Shown: positions 13,181-25,930 of the stretch, piece by piece
Layout of the letters: each line of letters starts with the position of its first letter
Numbering within the stretch: position 1 is the first letter of the stretch
DNA from: Ruditapes philippinarum
Lineage: Eukaryota
Direction of reading: 5' to 3'
Assembly (NCBI RefSeq): GCF_026571515.1
Contig: NW_026852804.1
Span: 186,001-250,000 of the forward strand
Length of the DNA: 64,000 nucleotides
The notes under the pieces: generated by a model
Databases searched by the model: none
Told to the model about the DNA's origin: nothing
The model's input: the letters and a program-made list of their open reading frames with translations, nothing else
Program-made: the position numbers and the translations under genes

Positions 13181-15795
13181 TCCACGTACAGCCACTTTTC
13201 GATCAGCTAACAAACTTTCCAACAACAACTTGCAGTGAAGTGATTTAAATAGCTTTTCTATTATAATTCCATTAATATCAATCTTTCAACTTTATAATTC
13301 AACAATTTTTTGAAATCTTACCTGAAAAACAAATATGCAATACAGTCAAAACATTGTTGACCTATTTTCCGGCCATGTTAAATTTTACTGCCACTTTTCG
13401 ATCACTTTACGACATCTATACTGCACTTCATAAAAAGCACACAATGTCAAAATTTCATCAACTTAGTAACTAAACGAAAATTTTAAAATTTCAACTTCAG
13501 ATAAACGGTAATTAACAGTTTTAACATATTTACAAGGTCAGTTTACTGTTCTATTGTTCATTTTGCATAGTGAGACTGTCACAGTTGGGACATAAAAATC
13601 TGTCCCCTTTTCTTAAGACTCTTACTGGGGTACAGAAAGCCAAATGAACCCAACCATTGCACTTATCACACTGACCCCACTTGACTATGATTATGAAAGG
13701 TCTTTTGCTAGTATCAGGAGAGAATTTTTTTGCATACAAGACACTTATCTTTTTCAGGTATTTCATCATCTGAAGATTCATTTTCATATTCATCTATTCT
13801 CTCTCTAATGTTTTTTTTTTTTTTTTTTTTGCTCTTTTCAAAGGAATACCTGATGTTCCAGGTGTAGGAGATTTTGTTTTTTGTTTCTGTAATACATTTT
13901 TGCTAGATTTTGATTTAGATGGTTTTTGTTTTGAAGTTTGATTTTCTTTGTGTTCTTTAATTTTCTTTACAACATCATCTTCAGTAATTGGTTTTTCTGC
14001 AATTACTTTGCTTAGTGTATTTCTTGATTTGTTTGCAGTTTCAACATTTTTAAGTAATTGACCACCCTTTTCCACGAGAAAACTCTCTGCTGACTTTGTT
14101 GCAGCTGTCGGTTTGCTAAAAATTAGTCTAGCCTCCTGCGAAAATGAAGTAGCTGGTGCTATCTGATGGTCTGGTACAACATCATCATTGAACGGATAAA
14201 GACCACACTTCCTGAATGCTGATGTGATGTTGTTCACAGACAGTGTGGATGTAAATACTTTACAGGCAATATGGCAGACATCATACCTAGTAACTGTGCA
14301 GCCACCTGACTCCCGCATGTACTTATGACAAGCCGCATTGCAAGCTACCTCAAACGGCCCAAAGCAGCTAACGTCTAGAGGCTGGAGTATGTGCGAACAA
14401 TGAGGTGGCAAAACAAAGAGAATGATGTGTTGAGACTTTGCCCATTCTATTAGTCCAAGTGAGCAGTGGCTCTTGTGCCAATCATATAAAACTAAGACAG
14501 GGTTATCTTTGTCCCTAGCCGGTAGGTACTTAACAAGATTATCTTACATAAACTGACAGAAGATATCTGTGTTGGACCAACCAGTTTCTGTCACTGTTCC
14601 AGCAGCTCCAGGGCTGGCACCTGTCATCAGACCATCAACCATTCTAGCCCCTGGAAAAACAAATAATGGTGGCACTTGCTGGCCAACACCATTTACACAG
14701 CCAATCAGTGTAACTAACTTGGACTTGCTAGATGTAACTGCCTGAGTCTTACTATGTTTCCCTGCAACCACCTTTGGGGGTTTGTGCTCAGTGCACAGAC
14801 CCTTTTCATCTATATTGAACATACGATGTGGTTTTTCTAATAAATTGTACTTAACAAGTATTTGTTTAAGATTTTTAAAGTAATTATCAATAACGTTACG
14901 TGTTGCACTCTTAGCACGTGCTATTTCAAGGGTACGAGATTTCTTTAATCTGAGCTCTGGCCAGCGGCCAAGGAATTTGTAGAGCCACTTATCAGTCAGA
15001 GGTTTTTGTTCTTTGCCTCTTAATCCAAGGTGGATGGCATAGTCTGTGGCCAAGTTCATTGTTTCCTGCCTACTATCACCATATCCTATTTCAGACATTG
15101 TCTTCAAATGTCCTGATAATAGTGCCTCCTGCTTCTGTGAAAAGAGTGGAGATGTTCCAGACTTTATAACATCAACTCTGCCTGCTACCCTGTCATTCAA
15201 CGTAGTGTAAGGAACACCAAAAAATCTGGAAGCTTTCCTGATGGACATCTCACTTTGCATAACTGACAAATATGCCAGGTTGTCAGAGTCATAAGGTCTA
15301 TATGACCCCCTCTGGTGACAGTTTGCGGGGAAAAAATCAGAGATTACATGAGAATATTGTTTAATTGGTGTAACATTGTTTATTAATTAACTTTCAATTA
15401 AGAATTTCACAGTTAAGCATATACATATATTTCAAACGTAACTTTTGTAGTGTAGTATACTTCTTTACTATAAGATAGCAGGTGCGTGGCCCTGGAAAAT
15501 ATCCATTTTTGCAGACGGACGAAAACAGAGATCGTTTATGAAATATTTTGAGGAAATAATCTTGATTTATTAATGGGAAAATTTTAGGATTAGTGAAAAA
15601 CATTAATTTTCATTATTTGGAATTAAAATAACACCTATTTCATAATTCATTGCTTTGACATTTTTGACATTTATTGTAGTCGAGGTAAACTTCAGATGTG
15701 CGCACGCGTCGTTTCGCCACATATAAGGGAAAAAAGTAAAACATTTCCGGGGCCGATCGTAAAGAGGTTGTGATCGATTTCGGGCGGTATTGGGA
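13181..15795 (-). mobile_element. pogo-superfamily (DD35D, Fot-like) DNA transposon
   Basis: TA at 13179-80 and 15796-97. Imperfect 25-bp terminal inverted repeats (tccacgtacagccacttttcgatca vs reverse complement tcccaataccgcccgaaatcgatca, 16/25). The motif is repeated at 13390-13404 and, inverted, at ~15751-15771. Transposase inside. Confidence 0.85.
13551..15311 (-). pseudogene. Disrupted transposase: HTH_psq + CENP-B-type HTH + DDE_1 + C-terminal PHD finger
   Basis: SIRKASRFFGVPYTTLNDRV (psq HTH); KWLYKFLGRWPEL; catalytic FNIDEKG, LYDWHKSH and HILQPLDV, with 35 residues between D2 and D3. PHD CLVC..WGQCDKCNGWVHLAFC..FLCPNC. In-frame TAA at 14544-46; frameshifts in T-runs at ~13811-30 and ~13725-31. 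Splice acceptor at 15312-13. Confidence 0.92.
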
Positions 15796-16382
15796 TATAT
15801 TTTATTTTGCTTTTCGTCAAAGGCTTTAAATTTTCTTTTATCTTGACTTTGTATGTGTGCTCTTCTTTAAAAAGCAAACGAAAAACAATGACAATAAAAC
15901 AAACAAACAAACAAAAAATAGCCCAACATTATTTAAATAATATGTAACAAACATCATGTGTGAATGCTTGGTACTTTCTTAAAGAGTTGTCCAACCAAGC
16001 AATATATATTTAACAGCATGTTTTGCCAGTATAATGTATGGTATGAAGAATGACGCAGCTATTCAATGTTTAACACACACTTAATGTGTCTGTCAGATAA
16101 CATAATTACCACACTGCAAACAGACGAATCATTCAGAAACTTTTGCCTAGTCGTATGAACCTATAGTCTGTATACAAAGGTTTTGCAGAGTATCAATTTT
16201 GACAAGATTCGCTTACATCATGCTAGGCATGTACCATCGTACCAATTTTAGCTTAACTCAAAGGGAAGACGAAACCTTATATATAACATCATTATGCAAT
16301 AGTTATCAATCAAACTCACTTATATGAATTACAAAAATGACGCGAGGCTCTTTTAGCTTTGTAGATACATGTACATTATTAG

Positions 16383-16517
16383 TTATAAAAATCGTTGACA
16401 GGTTATATGGCCCTATATAAACGGCTATTTGTAAATATAACCCGAGCCGTTAGGCAAGGGTAATATTGCAAACAGCCGTTTATATACGGCCATATAACCT
16501 GTCAACAATCTTTATAA
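16383..16517. repeat. Long foldback palindrome (non-autonomous element, possibly Crypton-like)
   Basis: ~60-bp arms ttataaaaatcgttgacaggttatatggccctatataaacggct / agccgtttatatacggccatataacctgtcaacaatctttataa. Confidence 0.8.
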
Positions 16518-16749
16518 CGAATTTATAATACAGCAAGCATCATGTTTAGAGAAAAAAGTAAGATTTCTTCATGGATCGACAGCAGCCGTGGATATAAAAC
16601 TATATAAACGTCACGATTATACGATGAAAAATGACGTTACAAACGTGCAGTATTATAAATATCAATAAACAAAGGTGAATTGAGACTAATAGAAATGATA
16701 TTAAACTGCTTTGTATTTGTAGGATTTGAGAATAAAAGAACTATAACAA

Positions 16750-16835
16750 GAAAAACAAGATCAATAAGGAAGGGAAGCATTCAATGAACGTATGAACGCA
16801 ACCCCACACGACCCAGCAACACAGGACCACTGGCA
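16750..16835 (-). repeat. Short dispersed repeat (probable retroposon 3' end); copies at 18110-18181 and, inverted and diverged, at ~19410-19500
   Basis: aaacaagatcaa...tgaa.gcaacc(t)ccacacgacccagcaaca is shared with the 18110 copy. It is absent from copy A at ~8140. Confidence 0.6.
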
Positions 16836-18181
16836 AGGAGTTTAGCAGGATAATGTTTTTCTAAAGTCTATTGAAAAAGAAACGAATGAAGTTCCTGTCA
16901 TTAAAAAGGACATACTGAATTATCTTTTGACTCAAAAGTAAATTTAATTGAGAAAAGGTCGATTTTCAAAGTTACTTATTTAAACACACTTCATTGTAAA
17001 AACAACATGGTATTTGATTTATAAAGATGAAATTTCTTGTATCTACAGACATCAGACTAATATTTCTGTGACATTATAAATGTTACAATTTTCTGTTTTG
17101 CTGTAACACAACAGATTTTTCTTACTACGTTATGCAATGTCTCAGACAAGCTTTAAAATTTAAAATGCTATTTTATTTTATATTCCTTTTAATATAAAAG
17201 ACTGTCATAAGGTAAAGTATTCGGTTTGTTTGTCTGAACTAATGTGTTTTTAAAGGAGAGGACTACATGTACCATGAGCTATTGTAGCTCTCGGTCAAAT
17301 TCCTTTCTGCTTAAATTGTAAATTATTAACATATATACATATATTACCTTGAATAAAAATATTTTTAAACCAACTAATGTGTTTCCATAAATCATAACAG
17401 TACATTTTAAAAATGTTGTTACGAAAATCGAAGAGACGGAGTGTGTGTGTTAAATTAACTTTATTCCGCAGAAGTTCTCATTCATATTCTAAGAGGATAT
17501 ACAATTCTATAGCATTAAATGCTATAAAAAGTCAACAGAAACCATGGCAAAGAATTAGAAAATAAAAACACTAAATAGTTGATTTATTAACTATAAGAAA
17601 TTAACGTAAATCGCGTCATGTCAATTTTGATTTGTAAGTGGTAAAGAATATTATAAAAGTTTATTCAATGCATCGGACTAATTAATGTTTTAAGATTAAG
17701 TATTTACTGTCATTGATATATTTGAACTATTAAAGATATATTGTTTTTATATTATGCTAAAAGCTGTCCCGATCTGTTCTTCTTCTGTTTTCTCCTAGCT
17801 ATCGTTCAGTTACATAAAACCTTTGCAAATTAAAGCAACATAAATCAAGCTCCACTGCACGGAATCATCTCTAATGCTGAAAATAATGTTTGTAAACAAA
17901 AAAGGGTACCGTATGCATGTTATTTCTGCAAACTAAATGCGACACTATGCAAATGTGATAGGAAAGTCGTGTGCTGATGGAAATATTAGATAGAACACTC
18001 CATATGGTATGATTTCTAATTTAATTGGTTTAAAGTGCATTTTAGGGTTGTTATTGCTGTTTTCAAAAGAGCATACAAATATCCGACTGCTTCTCATTTC
18101 AAAATACGACAAACAAGATCAACAATGTAAGGCGGCGTTGAATGAAGGCAACCTCCACACGACCCAGCAACAAGAACCAGT

Positions 18182-19017
18182 TGTCGCGAATGATCGCGAT
18201 TATCTCTTTTTGTTATTATTTGAATAGGGATTAGGATTATAAATGTATTGGTTTTCATTTCATAGTGGTAAATTGTTAAAGGATTTGTATTTATGATCAA
18301 TGATGTATAACGTTTATAATTATCTAGAAACTGCTAGAAATGATTGATGTATTTGTTCTGTTGAATTCTATAGTAGTTTAGAATATACTAGTAATTTCAT
18401 CTAGTATAATCTTTGATGGTATATATTGTAAGTATTTTGTCAATGTTCATTCAATCATTGATTCATTCTAAAAGGTAAAAGTATTCTGAAAAGTATTATA
18501 AAAAAGTATTCTTAAAAGTGTGTTAAAAGTTGATGACTGTAAAGTGTAAAGTTGTTAAAGGTAAAAGAGGATAAAAAAATAAAAGTGAAACAAGACAAAT
18601 GGATTGTTGTGCTTATTAAAAGGATTATAAAAGATAGTGTAAAAAGGATTATATTCCAGTGTGATGATTTTGAACCAGGATTTATAAAATACACAATTAT
18701 TGCTCTCCCACAACATAAACTAAAAGAAACCTATAAAAGATCATCACACCAGTGGCACGGAGCCCAGGCGGACCCCAAACAAAAAACAGGACAGAGCACA
18801 AGAGCAGTGCTCACTAAAATGATAAATAATTTGTTACTGATCAGGAATTCAAAAGAAACAGATAAATGATTGACTAATAGGAAATAATTTGTAACTGATA
18901 AGGAATTTAAAGAAAACAAATAGATGATTGAATAATAGGTCCACAAAGGGCACAGGGGAATGGGACAGGCGACTCGTGGAAGGAGGGGGGGGGGGGCTTC
19001 TCTAAGTTGTAGCGACA
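18182..19017. mobile_element. Solo LTR, Ty3/Gypsy-like (836 bp)
   Basis: Begins TGTCGC and ends GCGACA (TG..CA, inverted ends). Flanked by a perfect 4-bp TSD CAGT (18178-81 and 19018-21). No gag/pol sequence. Confidence 0.8.
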
Positions 19018-20883
19018 CAGTGTTTGATACAGAACAAACGTCAACCAGCAATATATTTTGCATAATATTTTAAGCACTAAACTTTATTTATGTATTCTTT
19101 AAAAACAATACTTAAAGTGGATAGGACTGCAAATGGGCACATTTTCCATTATTATTTCAAATATTGATAAAAAAATATCCCATCACATATCTCACTCGTG
19201 CCAACAACTGCAATGTATATGTTTTTCCGTGGTTTGTTATTATGTCTGATACTAAATCAGAGTAATTATTCATTTAATTACAATCCTTCCATTATAGACC
19301 AATTTCTATGAATATTTATAAATTAAGGCTAGAAATGTATCTCAGTGGCTTTGTTTGAAATACGCATTATATCGACAGAGTAACAATTTTGTTTAAATTG
19401 ACGTTTTTTGTGGTGCCCTTGTGTGCTGCCTGCCGGTATGGCTGTTTTTTGTTGGGGTGTGTTTAATGAATGCCACCCTTCCTTGTTAATCTTTGTTTTC
19501 ATATTAGTTGCATAAATATATATTAACGCAAGGAAATGGACTTTTGTATTTCGTCTGGCTTGCATTGTTTCAAGTTTCACGTGACCTTTATCTTATACGC
19601 TTATTTATATTTATACGTTAACTCAAAACAATAGTATTTGATATTAAAGGGAATGGTTTTCTCCTTTAGGGTACACGGATTATTTTAATTTGGAACCATA
19701 AGCCGCTTTTCGCGGAATTGGACAAACGCATTACATTGTAAGTTTCCAGAATAACCGCCGTGAAAAGACGTCTGCTGTTCTTTTCTAAATTTCAGAATTT
19801 CGCTATTTCATGTTTAAAGTTTGAATTTTGCTTACAGTTACAATCAAACCAAGCCTGCAACCTTTTTAAATTTACCGTTTTAGGCGTTCTTAAGGGATTT
19901 AGTTACACTCTACTCCATTATTCTTATTCTTACATAAGAAACCAAACAAATGTTACATATATAGAGTTAGTTAAATCATTCTGAATCTAAGTTTGTCTCT
20001 TAGGAAATGTTATCTACAGACGATACAAACAAATGAGACATAAAACGCATTACTGTTATAGTACCTGTTAATGTAATACATATAAATTGTCTAAAAAAAA
20101 ACTGCAAATAAAAGATGTCTGAAAACATAGTAAATTCTTTCTTCGTTTATCGAAAAATATATAATTACAATTGATCACTTTTTTGGAACAACAGTCATGT
20201 TGCATGAAGCCCTTATCAAGAACAGAATGCGTGTTATTTCTCAACAAAATTATACATTGAACATATACAGAACATAGTTATCAATTTGTAGTACGAGTTA
20301 AAACAATTATTATTACAGATGTGTTGAAACAGCCCAAGTACATGTTTAAGACTTTAAAGGTGTACATCTATTATCATTTTAATTGACCCTCTCTTCTTTG
20401 TACTTAGGTCCTCCCTATATCACCTTTTAGTTGTGTTGAACATTGAACTTGAAGTATTCAGAATAAACACAGGCACCGTAAAGTAGTTTGTTTAGTACTA
20501 TGGATTTAGAATATTTACATGCTTATCACATGAAGTAAATTATGTGGAATGTACCATAAATTTATGATAGCGAAAGGTAGCGAAATGTAGACATATCGGT
20601 ACCAGTATTTTGACTTCCATACAAAAATATTAAATCACTAAAACTGTACTGATTGCAAATACGCAAAGAAGCAAATGATGGCTCAGCTTTATTGCCAATG
20701 AGTAACATTTTGAAAGCTGTTACATGACATAAAATAGCGTTCTTTAAAGAAATAATAAATTAATATTTTTTAGACTTGTAGGGGTCCACTGAGTTCGTAA
20801 AGCTTAACACATAAATCATGATTTTTTTACATTGATAAAGTGAAGCTATTACAATGGCGGGACAATATGTAATACAATATGAT

Positions 20884-21100
20884 ATGAGCCGCGTCACGAC
20901 AAAACCAACATACATGTAATGGGTTTGCGACCAGTGCAGTCTGATCAGGATCCATGCTGTTCGCTATCAGTTTCTCTACTTGTAAAGGGGTTGTTAAGCG
21001 AACATCATGGATCCTAATCAGACTGCGCGGATGCGCAGGCTGGTCTGGATCCATGCTGGTCGCAAACCCATTATGTTGGTTTTGTTGTGACGCGGCTCAT
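20884..21100. mobile_element. Palindromic MITE, copy 2 (internal deletion in the left arm)
   Basis: Same termini as copy 1; the left arm lacks catggatccagaccagcctgcgcatccg. Confidence 0.92.
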
Positions 21101-21633
21101 TTACATTTTCTAATTCAGCTCGTGATTCTTGAAAGCATCTGCTTTCAAATGATAACACAATCATGTGTGTATAAAATATTATCCTAAATCCAAACATTTC
21201 GTATAGAATTTATATATGGTAGAAAACTACTTTCAATAGTTTTTGTTTTACAAATGAAACCGATGAAAAGGCAATACCTTCCTGGTTATGTACAAATGGA
21301 TATTACCTTAACTCAATATTAACATGCAAGTTATGTTAATAAATATGTGAAAATATATTAAATGTACATGCATGTATTTTCTATACTTTTCGATTGTTTT
21401 CGGTGAATCTTGCCATTCTAATTTTTATATTACTTTTATAGTAATATCAACTAACATGAAGTCGCCATTTTGTTCTATAAAAATCAAAAAAGGAAGTGAA
21501 ACACTCCCATGTTAGAGTACATTTATAAATTATCTGACATTGAATCAAGCATATAAATGTAATTATAGTAAAACTTGTATATATATGTATGTCTAAAATA
21601 ATATAAAATTGATTTAAAAAGACACAAACAGAA

Positions 21634-21872
21634 ATGAGCCGCGTCATGACAAAACCAACATAATGGGTTTGCGACCAGCATTGATCCAGACCAGCCTGCG
21701 CATCCGCGCAGTCTGATCAGGATCCATGCTGTTCGCTTACAAACCCTATAACATGTAGAGAAACTGATAGCGATCAGCATGGATCCTGATCAGACTGCGC
21801 GGATGCGCAGGCTGGTCTGGATCCATGCTGGTCGCAAACCCATTGTGTTGGTTTTTTCGTGACGCGGCTCAA
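21634..21872. mobile_element. Palindromic MITE, copy 3 (opposite orientation)
   Basis: Same arms. The spacer ttacaaaccctataacatgtagagaaactgat is a near reverse complement of the spacer in copies 1 and 2. Confidence 0.92.
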
Positions 21873-21899
21873 ATAGATTAGAATAAACAACAAATATAT

Positions 21900-22320
21900 G
21901 CTTTAGTTGCTAGCAAAATATGCACCCAAGCATAAAAAAGTAAAATTGAAAGTGGCTTGCGTATGAAACTCTGATTACATTTTAAGATAACTATTTCCCC
22001 CATGATTATGTTTACTCCCTAAGGAAATCAATTGCATGCCAAAACTGTTTGTTAATGCATCTACTGCACTTCAGGTTTGCATCTGTATTGCAATTAATTC
22101 ACCTTGCAAATATTTTATTCATGCAAACTAACAACCTAACCAATGATGGAAAACAAATATCAAAACATTAAAGCAAAGGATGGCGCAATGCAATTAATGT
22201 AAATGCTAGTGAAATAATTGCTTTTAGAAAATGAAGCAGACGACAATGTTGTTGTTTAAATATATTAAACAGAAATCAATTTACTCTCGAAAAATCTGCC
22301 CACGAAAGTGCTCTCCGATC
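21900..22320 (+). repeat. Segmental duplication, copy C (also 20575-20670 ~ 2775-2870)
   Basis: ttgaaagtggcttgc, ttgcaattaatt, atgcaatta.tgtaa.t.ctagt and aattgcttttagaaa are shared with 4830-5130. Confidence 0.8.
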
Positions 22321-25300
22321 TGTTTAGATCTGATCTCGTTTTTCGTTTTAACATTGTCATGTACTTAAGTGCAGTACGTTTTATCACAAATAATTATAAT
22401 TAGAATGTTCGGAGATAAAATAAATGACTGGTTCTCCAAATTATCATTATCTTTAAATTTTAATTTTTGACTTTAATTTCATGTCGTATAGTGTGTTCAG
22501 AGAAGAACTGATGGTTTCTGCAAGTACAATTCAAATGATAAAGGTGTTGAAATCATTATGCATAAATTTATTTTTACGAAATATCACGCGTAAAAAAGCC
22601 AAGACAAAATACATATCCATTATAAAAAATAAGAATTTGTTTTACCTATTTTTATTGATGTTTAAAATCCTTTAAAAAATAAACTTGCTTTTATTCTTGA
22701 AAATGGTGTAAAATGTTCAACAAAGTATAAAAGATATATTTCCTAATAGTTGGCGTGGCTAAACTGTCAGCTAGACAGTTTAAAAGTACCATAAAATCAT
22801 GATTACTTTCATTGAGCGAACAAACCAGTCTTGTAAAAGGGATATAATTCAAACGCTTTGCAAATAAATAATTTTGGATGAATTAGCTCCCTTTTATAAA
22901 TTTGTGCAACAGTCCTAAAATAATTCACTATTTCTGTGCCTGTGTCTCCAAGGATGTAACTTGTGGGGCATTGTAAGCAGGTCATATAATTTGGTCAAAG
23001 TGGATGAAATGCATAAAAGCCTCTTTTACTTAGAATCAACCAAATGTCACGCAACACGTGCGCGTCGTTGAGAGGCACAAGACATCGGCAGAATATCGAA
23101 GACCTTAGGACGGTGTACAAGAAAGAGAAACTTGTATCCGGTCGACCAGCTGCCTGTGTCCTGGCTTAAGCCGAGGATTTTTTCCCTGTAAAGTAGGCAG
23201 GGACAACGACACTTGTGAGTGAGACCCAACAATTAAAGGGTATAAAGCTATATGTTATGAAATATTTTTTATAGAATTTATCAACGGTAAAATGTTTTTG
23301 ATTCCACGATGTTAAGGCCGGTTGTAACATAGAATGTCTGTCATTAAGCACACATAAATATAAAACAACGGATACGGTTTTTCGGTAAAACCTACGCTAA
23401 GAAACTGAACATGTTAATAATTAATAATATTTTAATGCTAAGTTTATTCCAATATATCAAGTAAACGTCCACCTATAAATTTAGTACTCATCATCATTAA
23501 ATCGCTACACTTTAAAAAAATGTCCGTTTTAATCGTATAGACAGGCAAATAGTGTCACTTATTAAGTAGAACACTTAATGAAAGTTTGGAACGAAGTGCA
23601 CATTTGTAAACTGAATGTAGTAGCCCCATTGTTGAAATCTAAGCGAGGACCAGGTCAACTAGGTGCATTCTGTGACCAGACTCACTTTTTCTGTTCATAT
23701 ATTAAATAACGTAATCTATAGATGAAATATGCTCCCTTAACCGTTCACAACTCCAATTCGTCATTTAATTTAGATTTCTATATCGTTGTCATGCGTGATT
23801 TATTTCTGTTTTCTGTCAAACGGCCATCGGTGAAACAAAACAAACGGGAATGTCCTTAAAATATTTTGTCTATAATACGTTGAAAGCTAAATCGGCGAAA
23901 CGTGATAAACTTTGATTAGCATAGAGTTAAAACTATCCGTAATAGGCGTAATATATTCTTGGTCCGATGCGATTTTGATAAAGTTGCACACTCTTAAAAA
24001 TAGTGCCGTTCGGTATTTTTAAAGATATTCACGATCGGCATTTTGAGTGTTAAAAATATCGGTAATTTTAGATGAAAACTATCTTTAAATACATTGTAGG
24101 TTGGAAAACAGGACAAATATATGGTTTATACTTGAGTCGTTTCATAGTTGGCTAAAAATACTACCTAATAGGATGATTGGTAACTATGTAACTCCACCCA
24201 TTTATTGTAACAACCTTACACAGGGTAGCGTTCCGGTTTGTTAGGTGTCAAGTATTATGTTAACAAAACATTTTCTTAAAGATAATTACAAATACATGGA
24301 CGAAATCAAAATAAAAACATTTGATTCAGAGAAAGTTAATATCAAACAAAAAATCGGCAACATTTTGATATAATTTATACTCATTTACAAATAACCTTGG
24401 TTTTTGTTAACAGCATCATCACAATTCGCCTTTATAAAAAGTGGTGATGCCTCAAAAGTATCAAAAACAACAAAATTACATTTATGTTGCAGACTTGGTT
24501 TTATTGAGTCTGTTCGTGAGGGATAATGGATAAGTAGGATATTGTACTTGTAAATCAGTCAATCCATCAGAAATGGTACAAACCTGTGCACGGGCTTTTT
24601 GTGATACCTGCCAAACTTCGAGCTCTCGTCGTTAATTTAGCACGTGCACGAGTATGTCTTAACTACAAAATTTGAATGGAAGGAAAAAACACACAACAGC
24701 CAGCCTCTGCCATTGTAAATCACCAATGCTTTTATTTGTAAGTTCCCTTAAATATAATAGAAACAATTAAATGTCTTTGACATTTAACTGAACCAAATTT
24801 AATCATATTTCCCTTTTTCGAAAACATGTTATTTAGAAGAAAATTACAAAGGCTTTCCATGTACGAGTATTTACAAATGTCGCGGTGATTCATCACAACT
24901 GCTGCACGAATTGTCCGTGCCCTGCATGAAACCTGATGTCCCATAAACGAACCGTATTAAACAAAAACACAGACAACGTGTGTTTTTAATGAGGAAGGTG
25001 AGCTCAACAAAAGGACGATCCGGGATTTAGATATCAAGTTGAGATAATAGGGCCTAAAGACCTACTTTGACTGTCATTTTCTTCTTGCTAGGGGGCTTTT
25101 ACTGTGGTCGTTCATCCGAATTATATACAGAAACAATCCGCTTAATAAGCAATACTGTGCAGCTTAGTATTGCATTGAAATATTTGTATAAAATATCTCG
25201 TTTTTTTCCGGGTTTATTGACTGGATTATAAAACACTATTGGTTTAGCTGAAGTTTGCTTGTTTCGGTTTAAAATAAGTGCATGCCTTTTTGTTTACTTT

Positions 25301-25844
25301 TGCCGTCTTTTCGGTAAACGAGGTATACGTTTATGAATATTTTATGTAACTTGTGACAAACTATAAACGTTTTGTTCATGTTAAAGTTTTATTAAGACGT
25401 TTGATAGAATGACAACATGATGTTTCTTCAATGACGAGCAAAATTGGATATATGAATCAAGATTTATAAATACAGTGTACAAAGTAATGGATGGGCGCTT
25501 CACACAATTTCGCATATTGCTTTTAATTGGCTTCACAGGTGAGTGACATTGAATACAAACTAGAGAACATATCTTGAACATACATTTGTTTCGGATGGGT
25601 TGGTCCGCAAACGAGATGTTTAAAATGACTCGTGTACATAATTTAATATGTTGATCACAATGATAATTGTTATTACTTAATTATTTATCGTTATGTGGGT
25701 GACGAAAGCAAATTTGTATTTGTAGTTTGTAGTTTGTTTAAAAAGATATGTTCACAGGTAAGTGTGTAATAAAGCCATAAAAAACCTTTAATGAAAGCTG
25801 ATATTCCTTTATCTAATAGTGATTGATAAATCAAAGATGACATG

Positions 25845-25930
25845 TTGTCTCAGAATGCCAACCACTTAACCCAGGGACAGTGGGTTCGAGTCCACTAGAT
25901 GCAGTTACTATGGCTCAAGCACTGGTCATA
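25845..25930 (+). mobile_element. Degenerate tRNA-derived SINE head
   Basis: Box-B-like gggttcgagtcc at ~25882; no cloverleaf. Confidence 0.35.

Larger units (their letters stand above)
11280..17250 (+). repeat. Segmental duplication, copy B, expanded by MITE, pogo and foldback insertions
   Basis: Collinear with 4600-8830. The insertions at 11974-12212, 13181-15795 and ~16370-16660 have no counterpart in copy A. Confidence 0.8.

Noticed and set aside
18512-19063. ORFs of 60-110 aa
   Set aside because: Lie almost wholly inside the solo LTR, with no gag/pol motifs.
20827-21780. ORFs with WILIRLRGCAGWSGSMLVANPLCWFC
   Set aside because: Translation of the palindromic MITE arms.
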